Assembly: GCA_036260295.1 (NCBI GenBank)
Contig: DATAAD010000082.1
Location: forward strand, 9,965 to 73,964
Reading direction: 5' to 3'
Length of the DNA: 64,000 nucleotides
Source: Acidimicrobiales bacterium
Lineage (GTDB): Bacteria > Actinomycetota > Acidimicrobiia > Acidimicrobiales > AC-14
Positions 43,639 to 51,846 of this stretch are shown here, piece by piece. The translations under genes and the position numbers were made by a program. Every line of letters begins with the position of its first letter. Position 1 is the stretch's first letter. A model generated the notes under the pieces. That model searched no databases and was not told the DNA's origin. It worked only from the letters and a program-made list of their open reading frames with translations.

Positions 43639-45710
43639 GCGTCGGCGACGTCCTCGAGGCCACATGGCGCCCGGACGCGCCGGCCCTCCTGACGCGGGTA
43701 CGGGCCCGGGCCCGGCGCCGGGCGCTCTGGCTGCGCCACCTGTGGTCGCACTGGCGGGTGGAGGGCGACCAGTGGCTGGCCATCTCCCACGGCGAGGTCG
43801 ACCGAATCCTCATCGGGTGCGAGGAGCTGGCCGCGAGCGAGCTGTCGTTCTACGCCACCGATCCAGGCTGCCTGGAGCTGTCGGCGGCTGTGAACGCCTC
43901 CGATCGCGCCGTCGCCGCCGACCCGGCCTGGGCCTGGCTCCAGCAGGACCTCGGCCTCGACCCGGCCGAGGCCGATCTTCTCGCCCTGGCCCTGGCCGCG
44001 GAGATCGACCCCTTCCTGCGCCGGGCCTACGGCTACCTCCTCGACGAGACCGGGCCGGCCGACGCCAGCCCGCTGCTGGCCTCGGCGCTCTTCCAGTGGG
44101 CGCCTGAGCACGACCCGCGGGTGCCGGCCGCGCTGTTGCGATGGGCTCTGGCCAGACCGTCGGACCCCGGCGCCGACCCGGCGGCACGGTCGACCGGATG
44201 GGTCGCCGACCCCCTGCTCGTTCCCTGGCTCGCCGGGAGGGGAGACGGCCTGGGCACGGACGAGGAAGGCGCGGTGCGGCGGGTGGCGGCCGGCGGGCAA
44301 CGGGACGGTCACTGCCTCTACCCGGACCTCCTCGACGCCATGGTGGCCTTCGTCCACGCCGTCGGCGGCCCGACGCTCCCGGCGGTCGAGCTCGAGCTGG
44401 CCGGCCGGCCCGGCGACGGCAAGCGCACCCTGGCCGGCCAGCTCGGCGACCGTCTCGGCCGCGCCGTCCTGGCCATCGACGTGGCCCGGCTCCTCTCGGG
44501 CGACCTGCTCGGCCACCAACCGATCCAGCAGGTCGTCAGGGTGGGCCGCAGCGCCCGCTTGAGTGGGGCCATCCCCTACTGGCACGGCCTCGGCGGCGTG
44601 GACGCGGCGGTGATCGACCGCCTCCGGGGCCTGGCGCCCATCGCCGTCCTCGGCGTCGTCGACCCCATGCCGGTGGCCGCCCGCCCGGACGTGGTCCGGC
44701 GGGCCTTCCGGCTCCCGCCCCTGCGCCGAGCGATGCGGCTCGGGCTGTGGCGTCGGCTCTCGCACCTCCCGCCCCCACCCGTGGTCGACTGGGACCTGAC
44801 CCCGGCCGAGTTGGCCGCCGCAGCCGCAGCCGCGCCCGCCGGCCCGGAGGCCGTGGCCGAGTCCTGCCGACGCGTCCTGTCCCTCGGGCCGGGCGAGCTC
44901 TTCAACCCCCTTCCGTGCCCCTACGCGTGGGACGAGCTGGTGCTGACCCCGCCCGTCCGTCGCCATCTGGAGGAGTTCGAGGTCCAGGCCCGGCTGCGGC
45001 GGACCGTGTACGAGGAGTGGGGATTCGGGCGGCTGACGCCGCTGGGCGGCGGGGTCACCGCCCTGTTCGCAGGGCCGAGCGGCACCGGCAAGACGATGGC
45101 CGCCCAGGTCGTGGCCCGGTCGCTGGGGATGAACCTCTACCGCGTCGACCTGGCCGGCGTGGTGAACAAGTACATCGGCGAGACGGAGAAGCGGCTCAAG
45201 CGGGTCTTCGACGCCTGCGAGCGCAGCGACGTCGTCCTCCTGTTCGACGAGGCCGACGCCCTGTTCGGGCAGCGTACCCAGGTCCGAGAGGCCAACGACC
45301 GCTTCGCCAACATAGAGATCGACTACCTGCTCCAGCGGATGGAGCAGTTCGAGGGCGTCGCCGTCCTGACCACCAACCGCAAGAGCGACATCGACAAGGC
45401 CTTCCTGCGACGCCTGCGGTTCATCGTCGACTTCATCGCGCCGGGGCCGGAGGAGCGGCGGCGACTCTGGCACCTGGCGTTGCCGGACCGGGCGCCCGAC
45501 GGCACGCCGCTGCTGGAGGACATCGACTGGGACCTCCTTGCCACCCGCCTGGAGATGTCGGGAGCGGACATCAAGGCGGCCGCTCTCGCAGCTGCCTTCT
45601 TGGCCCGCGACGAGGGGGCCAGGATCGGCATGGGCCACGTGATGCACGCCGCCCGGCGGGAGCTGACCAAGCACTCCGCAGAGCTCCACCACGGCAGCTG
45701 GGAGGTCTGA
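43635..45710 (+). CDS. AAA+ ATPase (Afp15/Pvc15/Cis15-like)
   Basis: ATG overlaps the upstream stop. Walker A GPSGTGKTMAA, Walker B VVLLFDEADALFG and second region of homology TNRKSDIDKAFLRRLRF. A long N-terminal region lacks a P-loop. Confidence 0.9.
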   Translation: MSVGDVLEATWRPDAPALLTRVRARARRRALWLRHLWSHWRVEGDQWLAISHGEVDRILIGCEELAASELSFYATDPGCLELSAAVNASDRAVAADPAWAWLQQDLGLDPAEADLLALALAAEIDPFLRRAYGYLLDETGPADASPLLASALFQWAPEHDPRVPAALLRWALARPSDPGADPAARSTGWVADPLLVPWLAGRGDGLGTDEEGAVRRVAAGGQRDGHCLYPDLLDAMVAFVHAVGGPTLPAVELELAGRPGDGKRTLAGQLGDRLGRAVLAIDVARLLSGDLLGHQPIQQVVRVGRSARLSGAIPYWHGLGGVDAAVIDRLRGLAPIAVLGVVDPMPVAARPDVVRRAFRLPPLRRAMRLGLWRRLSHLPPPPVVDWDLTPAELAAAAAAAPAGPEAVAESCRRVLSLGPGELFNPLPCPYAWDELVLTPPVRRHLEEFEVQARLRRTVYEEWGFGRLTPLGGGVTALFAGPSGTGKTMAAQVVARSLGMNLYRVDLAGVVNKYIGETEKRLKRVFDACERSDVVLLFDEADALFGQRTQVREANDRFANIEIDYLLQRMEQFEGVAVLTTNRKSDIDKAFLRRLRFIVDFIAPGPEERRRLWHLALPDRAPDGTPLLEDIDWDLLATRLEMSGADIKAAALAAAFLARDEGARIGMGHVMHAARRELTKHSAELHHGSWEV

Positions 45711-45711
45711 G

Positions 45712-45960
45712 GTGGGCGACGTCGCCATCGACCGCCTGACCCTGCGCCTCCCGGGGGGGACGCCTGCGGGGACGGCGAGGATCCTCGGGTCGCTGGTCGG
45801 CCGAGGCCTTGCCGGTGCCGGCTTCGCCGGAGGCTCGCACGGCAGCGGGGTGGCCGGCACGGTGCGGCTACGGGTCCGGGCCCTCCCGGGGGAGAGCGCC
45901 GAGCGGCTCGCCGCCCGCATCGCCGCCGAGATCGCCGCCCACGTCGACGGGGGCCGCTGA
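45712..45960 (+). CDS. small hypothetical CIS ORF (82 aa)
   Basis: GTG 2 nt after the ATPase stop. Its own stop overlaps the next ATG (TGATG). No recognisable domain. Confidence 0.35.
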   Translation: MGDVAIDRLTLRLPGGTPAGTARILGSLVGRGLAGAGFAGGSHGSGVAGTVRLRVRALPGESAERLAARIAAEIAAHVDGGR

Positions 45961-46694
45961 TGGCCAACAAGTTCATCCGCGGCGCGCTCATCCAGTTCAT
46001 GGACGCCTTCGGCCTGCCCGTGCCGAACGTCATCGTGTTCCAGCTCAACCCCGAGACCATGACCCACACCTGGACCCAGCCCGAGGCCCCGGCGACGCCC
46101 GCGGGCGGGCCCGCGGGCCGGGTCAACCCGTTGGCCGTCCGCAGCCTGCCCGGCGAGACGTTCTCCTTTACCCTGGTCATGGACTCGAACGAGTCCATCG
46201 CCGACGACGAAGCCGTGGCCGGAAGCCTGGCCACCGTCTCCGGCGTGTACAGCCGCCTCGCCGCCCTGGAGATGCTCCAGTACCCGGTGCCCTCCGCCGG
46301 CGGAGGGCTGCTCGGGTCGGTGTCGGTCTCGGTCGGGCCCGGGGGCGTGGCGGGCGCCGTCGGCGGTGGGGCGGCAGCCGAAGCGAGCCGGCCCGTCCCT
46401 GCCAGCCAGGTGCCGACCGTGCTCTTCGTCTGGGGACCGGGCCGGGTCGTGCCGGTACGGGTGACGGCGCTCACCGTCACCGAGACGCTCTACGACGCCC
46501 TCCTCAACCCCACGCACGCCGAAGCCACGGTGACGCTGCGGGTGCTCACCCCCGAGGAGCTCGTGTTCGTCACCGGCCCCCTGGCAACGGTCGCCAAGGG
46601 CGCGTACGCGTACTCCCACGGCCTGCGCCAGGTCCTCGCCCTCGCCAATCTCGGGAACGCCACCGAGTCGATCATCGGCATGCTGCCGATCTGA
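45960..46694 (+). CDS. tube-initiator-like protein (Afp7/Pvc7 N-domain-like)
   Basis: VIVFQLNPETMTHTW resembles the F-x-F-N-P-E motif of CIS tube/tube-initiator proteins. Lies directly upstream of a LysM-like ORF. Confidence 0.6.
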   Translation: MANKFIRGALIQFMDAFGLPVPNVIVFQLNPETMTHTWTQPEAPATPAGGPAGRVNPLAVRSLPGETFSFTLVMDSNESIADDEAVAGSLATVSGVYSRLAALEMLQYPVPSAGGGLLGSVSVSVGPGGVAGAVGGGAAAEASRPVPASQVPTVLFVWGPGRVVPVRVTALTVTETLYDALLNPTHAEATVTLRVLTPEELVFVTGPLATVAKGAYAYSHGLRQVLALANLGNATESIIGMLPI

Positions 46695-46704
46695 GGGGTC
46701 CCGC

Positions 46705-46989
46705 ATGTTCTTTCCCGGAAGCCGGTACGAGAAGGTGGGCACCTACCTGTTCACCGTGCCCGACGGCACTCAGGTCGCGGTCTCCCGCCTGCCCCTCCCG
46801 CCCCTGCCCGGACGTCAACGTCTGCTCGGGTTCCACCGCCGGCTGGAGGGCCAGCGGCTCGACCACGTCGCCAACCACTACCTGAATAACCCCACGACCT
46901 TCTGGCGGCTGTGCGACGCCAACGGCGCCGTCTCGCCCGACGCCCTCGGCCGGCGGGCCCTGATCGCCGTGCCCGCCCCGGAGGGGTGA
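46705..46989 (+). CDS. LysM-like domain protein
   Basis: EGQRLDHVANHYLNNPTTFWRLCDANG...LIAVP fits the LysM pattern (GDTL..IA..Y......W..I...N......L.IP). Confidence 0.6.
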   Translation: MFFPGSRYEKVGTYLFTVPDGTQVAVSRLPLPPLPGRQRLLGFHRRLEGQRLDHVANHYLNNPTTFWRLCDANGAVSPDALGRRALIAVPAPEG

Positions 46990-46992
46990 CGG

Positions 46993-48123
46993 ATGCCGGG
47001 CACCTACACGCTGCTGCTCGATGGGGAGCCGGTCGACGAGGTCCTGCACGGGGCGCTGTCGTCACTCGAGGTGGAGGAGAACTGCGACCTCCCGGACGCC
47101 GTCCAGCTCAACCTGGCCGTCAACCGCACGCCGTCCGGCGAGCCCGACTTCCCGAGCGATGCCCGCCTCGGCCCGTTCGCCAACGTCGCCGTGGTGGCCG
47201 CCGTCGAGGGCGGCTCGCCCGAGTGCATCTTCGACGGCTTCGTCCTGTCCCACCGGCTGCACCTCGAGCCCGGCCTCACCGCCTCGACCCTGGCCGTGTG
47301 GGGCCAGGACGCGTCGTGGCTGATGAACCTGGAGGAGAAGGTCCGGGAGTGGGTCGACGTCTCCGACGCCCAGGTGGCGAGCGTGATCTTCGGCGAGCAC
47401 GGCTTCACCCCGTCGAGCGACAACACCGAGGACGACTCACCCTCGCACACCGAGGACGGTCACAGCCTGATGCAGCGGGGCTCGGACATCCGCTTCCTCC
47501 GGGATCTGGCCCGTCGCAACGGCAAGCTCTGCCGGGTGGTCTGCGGCCCGCAGCCCGGCCTCCGGACGGGCTACTTCGCCAGGCCCAACGTCGAGGGGGA
47601 CGTCAGGGCCACCATCGCCCTGAGCGACGCGGCGACCAGCACCGCCGACTTCATGGACTTCGAGTGGGACGTGGCCCGGCCGAGCGCGGTCCGGGCCGCG
47701 CAGGCCCTCTTCGACGACGACGACCCGGATGGCGCCAGGGCGGAGGTACGCAGCTCCGGGTTGGCTCCCCTGGACGAGCGCGACCTGGCCACCTTCGCCG
47801 GCCGACCTGTCACAGTGCTCCTCGCCACCCCGGTCGACGACGCCGGGGAGCTGGCCTTCCGGGCCACGGCCGTCGTCCGGGAGGCGGGTTGGTTCGTGCG
47901 CTGCGAGGGCCAGGCCGAGGTGTCCCGCGTCGGCGCGGTGCTGAGGGCCAACACGGTCGTGCAGCTCGAAGGCGTCGGCACGCTTCACTCCGGAAAGTAC
48001 CTGGTCTGGAGCGTCCGTCACACCATCACGCCGGAGTCCCACCAGATGCGCTTCGTCCTGTGGCGCAACGGCATGGGGCCCCAGCCCACCGGAGCCGGCG
48101 CCGGGCTGGGAGGGCTGCTGTGA
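46993..48123 (+). CDS. baseplate hub protein (phage late control gene D / VgrG N-domain-like)
   Basis: LSSLEVEENCDLPDAVQLNL..., ...RFLRDLARRNG..., ...LHSGKYLVWSVRHTI, typical of gpD-like proteins. Confidence 0.8.
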   Translation: MPGTYTLLLDGEPVDEVLHGALSSLEVEENCDLPDAVQLNLAVNRTPSGEPDFPSDARLGPFANVAVVAAVEGGSPECIFDGFVLSHRLHLEPGLTASTLAVWGQDASWLMNLEEKVREWVDVSDAQVASVIFGEHGFTPSSDNTEDDSPSHTEDGHSLMQRGSDIRFLRDLARRNGKLCRVVCGPQPGLRTGYFARPNVEGDVRATIALSDAATSTADFMDFEWDVARPSAVRAAQALFDDDDPDGARAEVRSSGLAPLDERDLATFAGRPVTVLLATPVDDAGELAFRATAVVREAGWFVRCEGQAEVSRVGAVLRANTVVQLEGVGTLHSGKYLVWSVRHTITPESHQMRFVLWRNGMGPQPTGAGAGLGGLL

Positions 48124-48635
48124 CCGGGGGCCAGGAGCAGCTGCAGGACCTGCTCGACCGGTTCCGGAACCGGTTCTTCGGCAAGTACCGGGGGACGGTC
48201 ACCCAGGTCGACGAGGCCACGCTCCGGCTGAAGGCCAAGGTACCCGCGGTGCTGCTCGACCAGGAGTCGGGCTGGTGCCTGCCCTGTGTGCCCTACGCCG
48301 GCAAGGACGTCGGTTTCGTCTTCCTCCCCGAGCCGGGCGCCGGGGTGTGGATCGAGTTCGAGGGCGGCGACCCGTCGTACCCCATCTGGTCCGGGTGCTA
48401 CTGGCGGGCGGACGAGGCGCCAGCCGACGGGACGGCTTCGGTGAAGGCGATCGTGACGCCGGCCAAGCAGAAGATCCTCCTCGACGGCGACGGCGGGACG
48501 GTCACGATCAGCGACGACAACGACAACGTCGTCACACTGGCGTCCAGCGGGATCACCGCCGAGCGAGGGGGCAAGAAGGTCGAGATCGGCACGGCCGCGG
48601 TCAAGGTCAACGACGGCGCCCTGGAGGTGACATGA
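48120..48635 (+). CDS. spike protein, gp5/gpV OB-fold type
   Basis: GTG overlaps the hub stop. FGKYRGTVTQVD...WCLPCVPYAGKDVGFVFLPEPGAGVWIEFEGGDPSYPIWSGCYW is the classic gp5/VgrG OB-fold signature. Confidence 0.7.
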   Translation: MTGGQEQLQDLLDRFRNRFFGKYRGTVTQVDEATLRLKAKVPAVLLDQESGWCLPCVPYAGKDVGFVFLPEPGAGVWIEFEGGDPSYPIWSGCYWRADEAPADGTASVKAIVTPAKQKILLDGDGGTVTISDDNDNVVTLASSGITAERGGKKVEIGTAAVKVNDGALEVT

Positions 48636-48967
48636 CCGTGGGCATGCTGCTCAACGCCTCCACCCAGCTGCTCTGCCCCCACGGGGGCACGGTGACGGTG
48701 GTCACGACCAACACGCGGGCCAAGGCCGCCGGCGCCTTCATCCTGAGGTCCTCCGACACCTTCGTCGTCGCCGGGTGCCCGTTCACGGTCGGCCCCGTCG
48801 CCCACCCCTGCGTCAGCGTCAAGTGGGTGCAGCCGACGCTGCAGAGCAAGGAGGAGGGCGTGGCGACGCTGAGCGCCGACAGCGTCGGGGTGTGCCACGC
48901 CGCCGACCAGGCCGTCCAGGGGACGGTGACGGTGGCGTCGACGCAGTCCCAGGTCGGCGGGCGGTAG
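48632..48967 (+). CDS. PAAR-like / DUF4280-like spike tip protein
   Basis: ATG overlaps the upstream stop. 111 aa with LLCPHGGTV...AGCPF...HPC... conserved Cys/His spacing, as in PAAR-like cones. Confidence 0.55.
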   Translation: MTVGMLLNASTQLLCPHGGTVTVVTTNTRAKAAGAFILRSSDTFVVAGCPFTVGPVAHPCVSVKWVQPTLQSKEEGVATLSADSVGVCHAADQAVQGTVTVASTQSQVGGR

Positions 48968-48970
48968 GGG

Positions 48971-49345
48971 ATGGACCGCCGCGACTACGCCTACCCCTTC
49001 CGGATCGGCCCGTCGGGCCAGGCCGCGCAGTCGGGATACGCGGCCCACGTGGCCCAGATGGTGCACCAGGTGCTGCTGACCGCTCCGGGCGAACGGATCG
49101 ACGTGCCCGAGTTCGGGTGCGGCCTGCGCCGCATGCTGTTCGCGCCGCACACCGAGAGCCTCGACGCCACCACCCAGATCCTCGTGCGGTCCGCGCTCGA
49201 CCGGTGGCTGGGCGCCCACATCGACGTGCGCGACGTCCGGGTCGGGACCGGCGAGGGGGGCGACGAGGCCGAGCTCGTCGTGGTCGTCGAGTACGTCCTC
49301 CGGGAGGATCTCACCGCCGCCGAGACCCGGGTGCGGGTGCTCTGA
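48971..49345 (+). CDS. baseplate wedge protein GPW/gp25
   Basis: YPFRIGPSG...VHQVLLTAPGERIDVPEFGCGLRRMLFAP, typical GPW_gp25. Confidence 0.85.
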   Translation: MDRRDYAYPFRIGPSGQAAQSGYAAHVAQMVHQVLLTAPGERIDVPEFGCGLRRMLFAPHTESLDATTQILVRSALDRWLGAHIDVRDVRVGTGEGGDEAELVVVVEYVLREDLTAAETRVRVL

Positions 49346-49346
49346 G

Positions 49347-51782
49347 ATGGCGAGCCAGAGGGACCGCCTGAACGCGCTGCTGGGCCCCGCCAACACCACC
49401 TTCAACGGCATCGACTTCGTGGAGGTGGCGAGCGCCGACCAGCGCACGTTGCGGGTGCACTTCCACACCACGGTGCCGCTGGTGGGGACGGTGAGCGGGG
49501 CCGAGATCACGGGGGGCCAGGCCGTGCCGACCGTTGCCGTCCACCCCATCGACGACGCCACCGACTGGGCGACCGACGCCGCCGGCCGGCCGGTCCTCAC
49601 CCTCACCGTTCCCGTCGAGGGCGACTTCTCGTATTACACGCTCGGGCTGGCCAGCCCCGTTCTCGACCGCTACTTCGACCACGCCGTCTTCTCGTTCAAG
49701 GCCAACTGCCCGTCCGACGTCGACTGCGCCGACCTGATCCCGCCCTGCCCGTCGGACGACGGCGACCGGCCGCCCATCGACTACCTGGCCAAGGACTTCG
49801 AGAGCTTCCGCAAGGCACTCTCCGACTTCTCGGCGCTGCGGTACCCCGAGTGGCGGGAACGCGCCGAAGCCGACTTCGGCGTGATGTTCCTCGAAGCCCT
49901 GAGCGCGGTGGCGGACGACTTGAGCTACACCCAGGACCGGGTGGCCGCCGAGGCCACCCTGGCGACCGCGACCCAGCGGCGGTCGGTCGTCCGCCACGCC
50001 CGCCTCGTCGACTACGAGCCGGCGCCCGCCCGGTCGTCGTGCGTGACGCTGCAGTGCAACGTCACGACCGGCCCCGTTCCCGCGGGCGTCGTCGTCTCCG
50101 CGGACGGCCCGGACGGGGTGGCGGTCGAGTTCGAGACCGGCACGGGCCTGTCCGACACGAGCACCTACCAGGTCAGCGGCCTGTGGAACGGCGCACGCAA
50201 CGGCGCCGGCGGCATCGTCCCGTACTTCTGGGACGACAGCGAGCGCTGCCTGCCCGCCGGCTCGACCGAGATGTGGGTGCTCGGGCACGGCTTCTCCTTC
50301 TTCGAGGGCCAGGCCCTGCTCGTCGACACCCTCGGCGACACACCCGCCGACCCCCCCACCCGCCAGGTCGTCCGCCTCTCCCCCAGCCGGCCGACGTTGA
50401 CCGACTTCGCCGTGGAGGAAACGGACCCTCTGTTCCTCGACGGCACCGGGCAGCCCACCAAGGTGACCCATCTCCGGTGGGCTGCCGCGGACGCCCTGAC
50501 CGCGGCGCGCGACCTCACGCGCACGACGCTGGCGGGGAACCTCGTGCCGGCCACCCAGGGGCGCCGGTTCGTGGAGGCGTTCACCATCGAGCCGGCGCCG
50601 GTCGCGCCAGCGCCGGCGCTCCCGGTCGCGGCTCGACGGAGCGGCCCGAACGGAGGATGGGACGCTCCTGTGCCGCAGTACCTCTTCACCCTTCGCTTCG
50701 GGCGGCTGGCGTGGCTCGACGTCGACGCCGGCGACCGAGAGCACCGGCCCGTCCCCGAGATCTCCCTGTCCGAGCCACCGGTCCCGCCCTCGACCCAGGC
50801 AACCGACTGGACGTGGCGGCGCTCCCTGCTGGACGCCGACCCCTTCGAGCTGGCGTACACGGTCGACAGCGCTGCGTACCCGCCGATCGGGACGAACGCC
50901 GACGGGACCACTGCGTTCGACTACGACGGCGACGGGGGCGACACCGTCCGCTTCGGGGACGGCGTGTTCGGCGAGATCCCCGACGAGGGCGCCGTCTTCC
51001 ACGTGGCCTACCGGGTCGGATCGGGCGCGGCGGGCAACGTGGCGGCCGATTCGATCACGAGGGTCGACGCCTCGTCACCGCTCCCGGGCCTCGACGTCAC
51101 GAACCCGTTCCCGGCGGTCGGAGGAGGCGACGAGGAGCCCGACGAGACGGTCCGCCGCCTCGCCCCGGACGCGTTCCGGGCCCGCCAGTTCCGCGCCGTC
51201 CGCCGCCGCGACTACGAGGCCGCAGCCGAGACGCTTCCGTGGGTCCGCAGCGCGGGGACCACCTTCCGGTGGACGGGCAGCTGGCTCACCGTCTTCACGA
51301 CCGCCGACCCTCAGGCGAGCGAGCACATCCCGCCGGACCGCCACGCCCTGCTCGTCCGGCTGCTGAACCGCTACCGGTTGGCCGGCTACGAGTCCTACGT
51401 CCCCTCTCCGCGGTTCGTCGCCGTCGACCTGGAGATCGAGCTGTGCGCCCGCCCGGACGCCTTCCGGTCGGACGTCAAGCTCACCCTCCTGGCCACCCTC
51501 GGCACGGGCGTGCTGTCCGACGGCGGCCTCGGCTTCTTCCACCCCGACCGGTTCACGTTCGGCACCCCGCTGGAGCGCAGCGCCCTGGCCGCGGCCGTGC
51601 AGGGGTCGTTCGGAGTGGCCGGGGTGCTGGCCATCAGGTACCGCCGGCGGGGGCTGACCTCGACCTACGAGGACATGCCCGAGACCGTGGTCGTCGGGCC
51701 CGACCAGATCCTGCAGGTCGACAACGACCCCAACCGGCCGGGAGCAGGGTCGATCCGCCTGCTCGTGAAGTGCGGGAAGTGA
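49347..51782 (+). CDS. baseplate J-like protein (Afp11-like), paralog 1
   Basis: NPFPAVGGGDEEPDETVRRLAPDAFRARQFRAVRRRDYEAAAETLPWVRSA matches the Baseplate_J signature (GG.D.E....R..AP......RAVT..DYE). Confidence 0.8.
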   Translation: MASQRDRLNALLGPANTTFNGIDFVEVASADQRTLRVHFHTTVPLVGTVSGAEITGGQAVPTVAVHPIDDATDWATDAAGRPVLTLTVPVEGDFSYYTLGLASPVLDRYFDHAVFSFKANCPSDVDCADLIPPCPSDDGDRPPIDYLAKDFESFRKALSDFSALRYPEWRERAEADFGVMFLEALSAVADDLSYTQDRVAAEATLATATQRRSVVRHARLVDYEPAPARSSCVTLQCNVTTGPVPAGVVVSADGPDGVAVEFETGTGLSDTSTYQVSGLWNGARNGAGGIVPYFWDDSERCLPAGSTEMWVLGHGFSFFEGQALLVDTLGDTPADPPTRQVVRLSPSRPTLTDFAVEETDPLFLDGTGQPTKVTHLRWAAADALTAARDLTRTTLAGNLVPATQGRRFVEAFTIEPAPVAPAPALPVAARRSGPNGGWDAPVPQYLFTLRFGRLAWLDVDAGDREHRPVPEISLSEPPVPPSTQATDWTWRRSLLDADPFELAYTVDSAAYPPIGTNADGTTAFDYDGDGGDTVRFGDGVFGEIPDEGAVFHVAYRVGSGAAGNVAADSITRVDASSPLPGLDVTNPFPAVGGGDEEPDETVRRLAPDAFRARQFRAVRRRDYEAAAETLPWVRSAGTTFRWTGSWLTVFTTADPQASEHIPPDRHALLVRLLNRYRLAGYESYVPSPRFVAVDLEIELCARPDAFRSDVKLTLLATLGTGVLSDGGLGFFHPDRFTFGTPLERSALAAAVQGSFGVAGVLAIRYRRRGLTSTYEDMPETVVVGPDQILQVDNDPNRPGAGSIRLLVKCGK

Positions 51783-51846
51783 GCGAGCACCGAAGTGGAG
51801 CGGAGGAACGAGGCACGGAGGAACGCGGCCCGGAAGGCGGCGGGGC

